From Bacillota bacterium (GTDB lineage: Bacteria; Bacillota; Clostridia; Oscillospirales; CAG-382), in the NCBI GenBank assembly GCA_029550965.1, contig JAKPGJ010000032.1, positions 1,864-65,863 of the forward strand: 64,000 nt of DNA, read 5' to 3'. Position 1 is the stretch's first letter. Each line of letters starts with the position of its first letter. Below, piece by piece: positions 63,900-64,000 of the stretch. A program made the translations under genes and the position numbers. Under the pieces are notes generated by a model. That model was given only the letters and a program-made list of their open reading frames with translations, had not been told where the DNA came from and did no database searches.

Positions 63900-64000
63900 T
63901 TTGAATAACTCTTTCGTCCCTGCGGTCAAAATGTGCTGCGGAGCGCTATCATAATTTACTTTCACAAATTAACGATTTAGGGGATGGCAGATTAGTGGAC

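Overview
This is a 64-kb chromosomal segment. From gene content and protein sequences I infer a Gram-positive anaerobe (Bacillota, Clostridia-like); no database search was run. It is mostly core genome. Left to right: (1) the copA 5' end plus csoR, with a CsoR-type operator. (2) A minimal NHEJ pair (ku plus a ligase-only ligD), next to a 5'-truncated Mn-catalase/CotJC remnant. (3) A nine-gene V-type ATPase operon (G-like, C, I, K, F, E, A, B, D) on the + strand. (4) A visibly AT-richer three-gene module: an ECF sigma factor, a small membrane partner, and a secreted S8 subtilase that has Glu where the catalytic Asp should be. (5) A minus-strand operon of ilvE, a DUF3810-like HExxH membrane protein, and a 1016-aa lipoprotein with three discoidin-like repeats. 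(6) An M23 peptidase and a C39-like peptidase. (7) The complete S10-spc-alpha ribosomal supercluster (rpsJ to rplQ, 32 genes including secY, adk, map, a KOW protein, infA and rpoA) on the minus strand. (8) A TSCPD protein translationally coupled to an alpha/alpha-toroid-like protein, then phosphoglucomutase, a zinc-ribbon membrane protein, an M55 peptidase, a HAD-IIA hydrolase and abrB. (9) A tightly overlapping minus-strand operon of PRTase-comEC-holA-Toprim-mtaB-unknown, preceded by a HIT protein and alaS. (10) An ECF S-component, a Crp/Fnr regulator, an Eis-like GNAT, a membrane GT2 glycosyltransferase, an AT-rich orphan membrane protein, a HAD hydrolase, ireB and a small unknown ORF. I found no rRNA, tRNA, CRISPR array, transposase or integrase. 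I see no clear-cut novel multi-gene system. The best candidates for follow-up are the ECF-sigma/S8(Glu) module, the atypical V-ATPase proteolipid, the TSCPD-toroid pair, the long L17 tail, and the degenerate ComEC nuclease domain.
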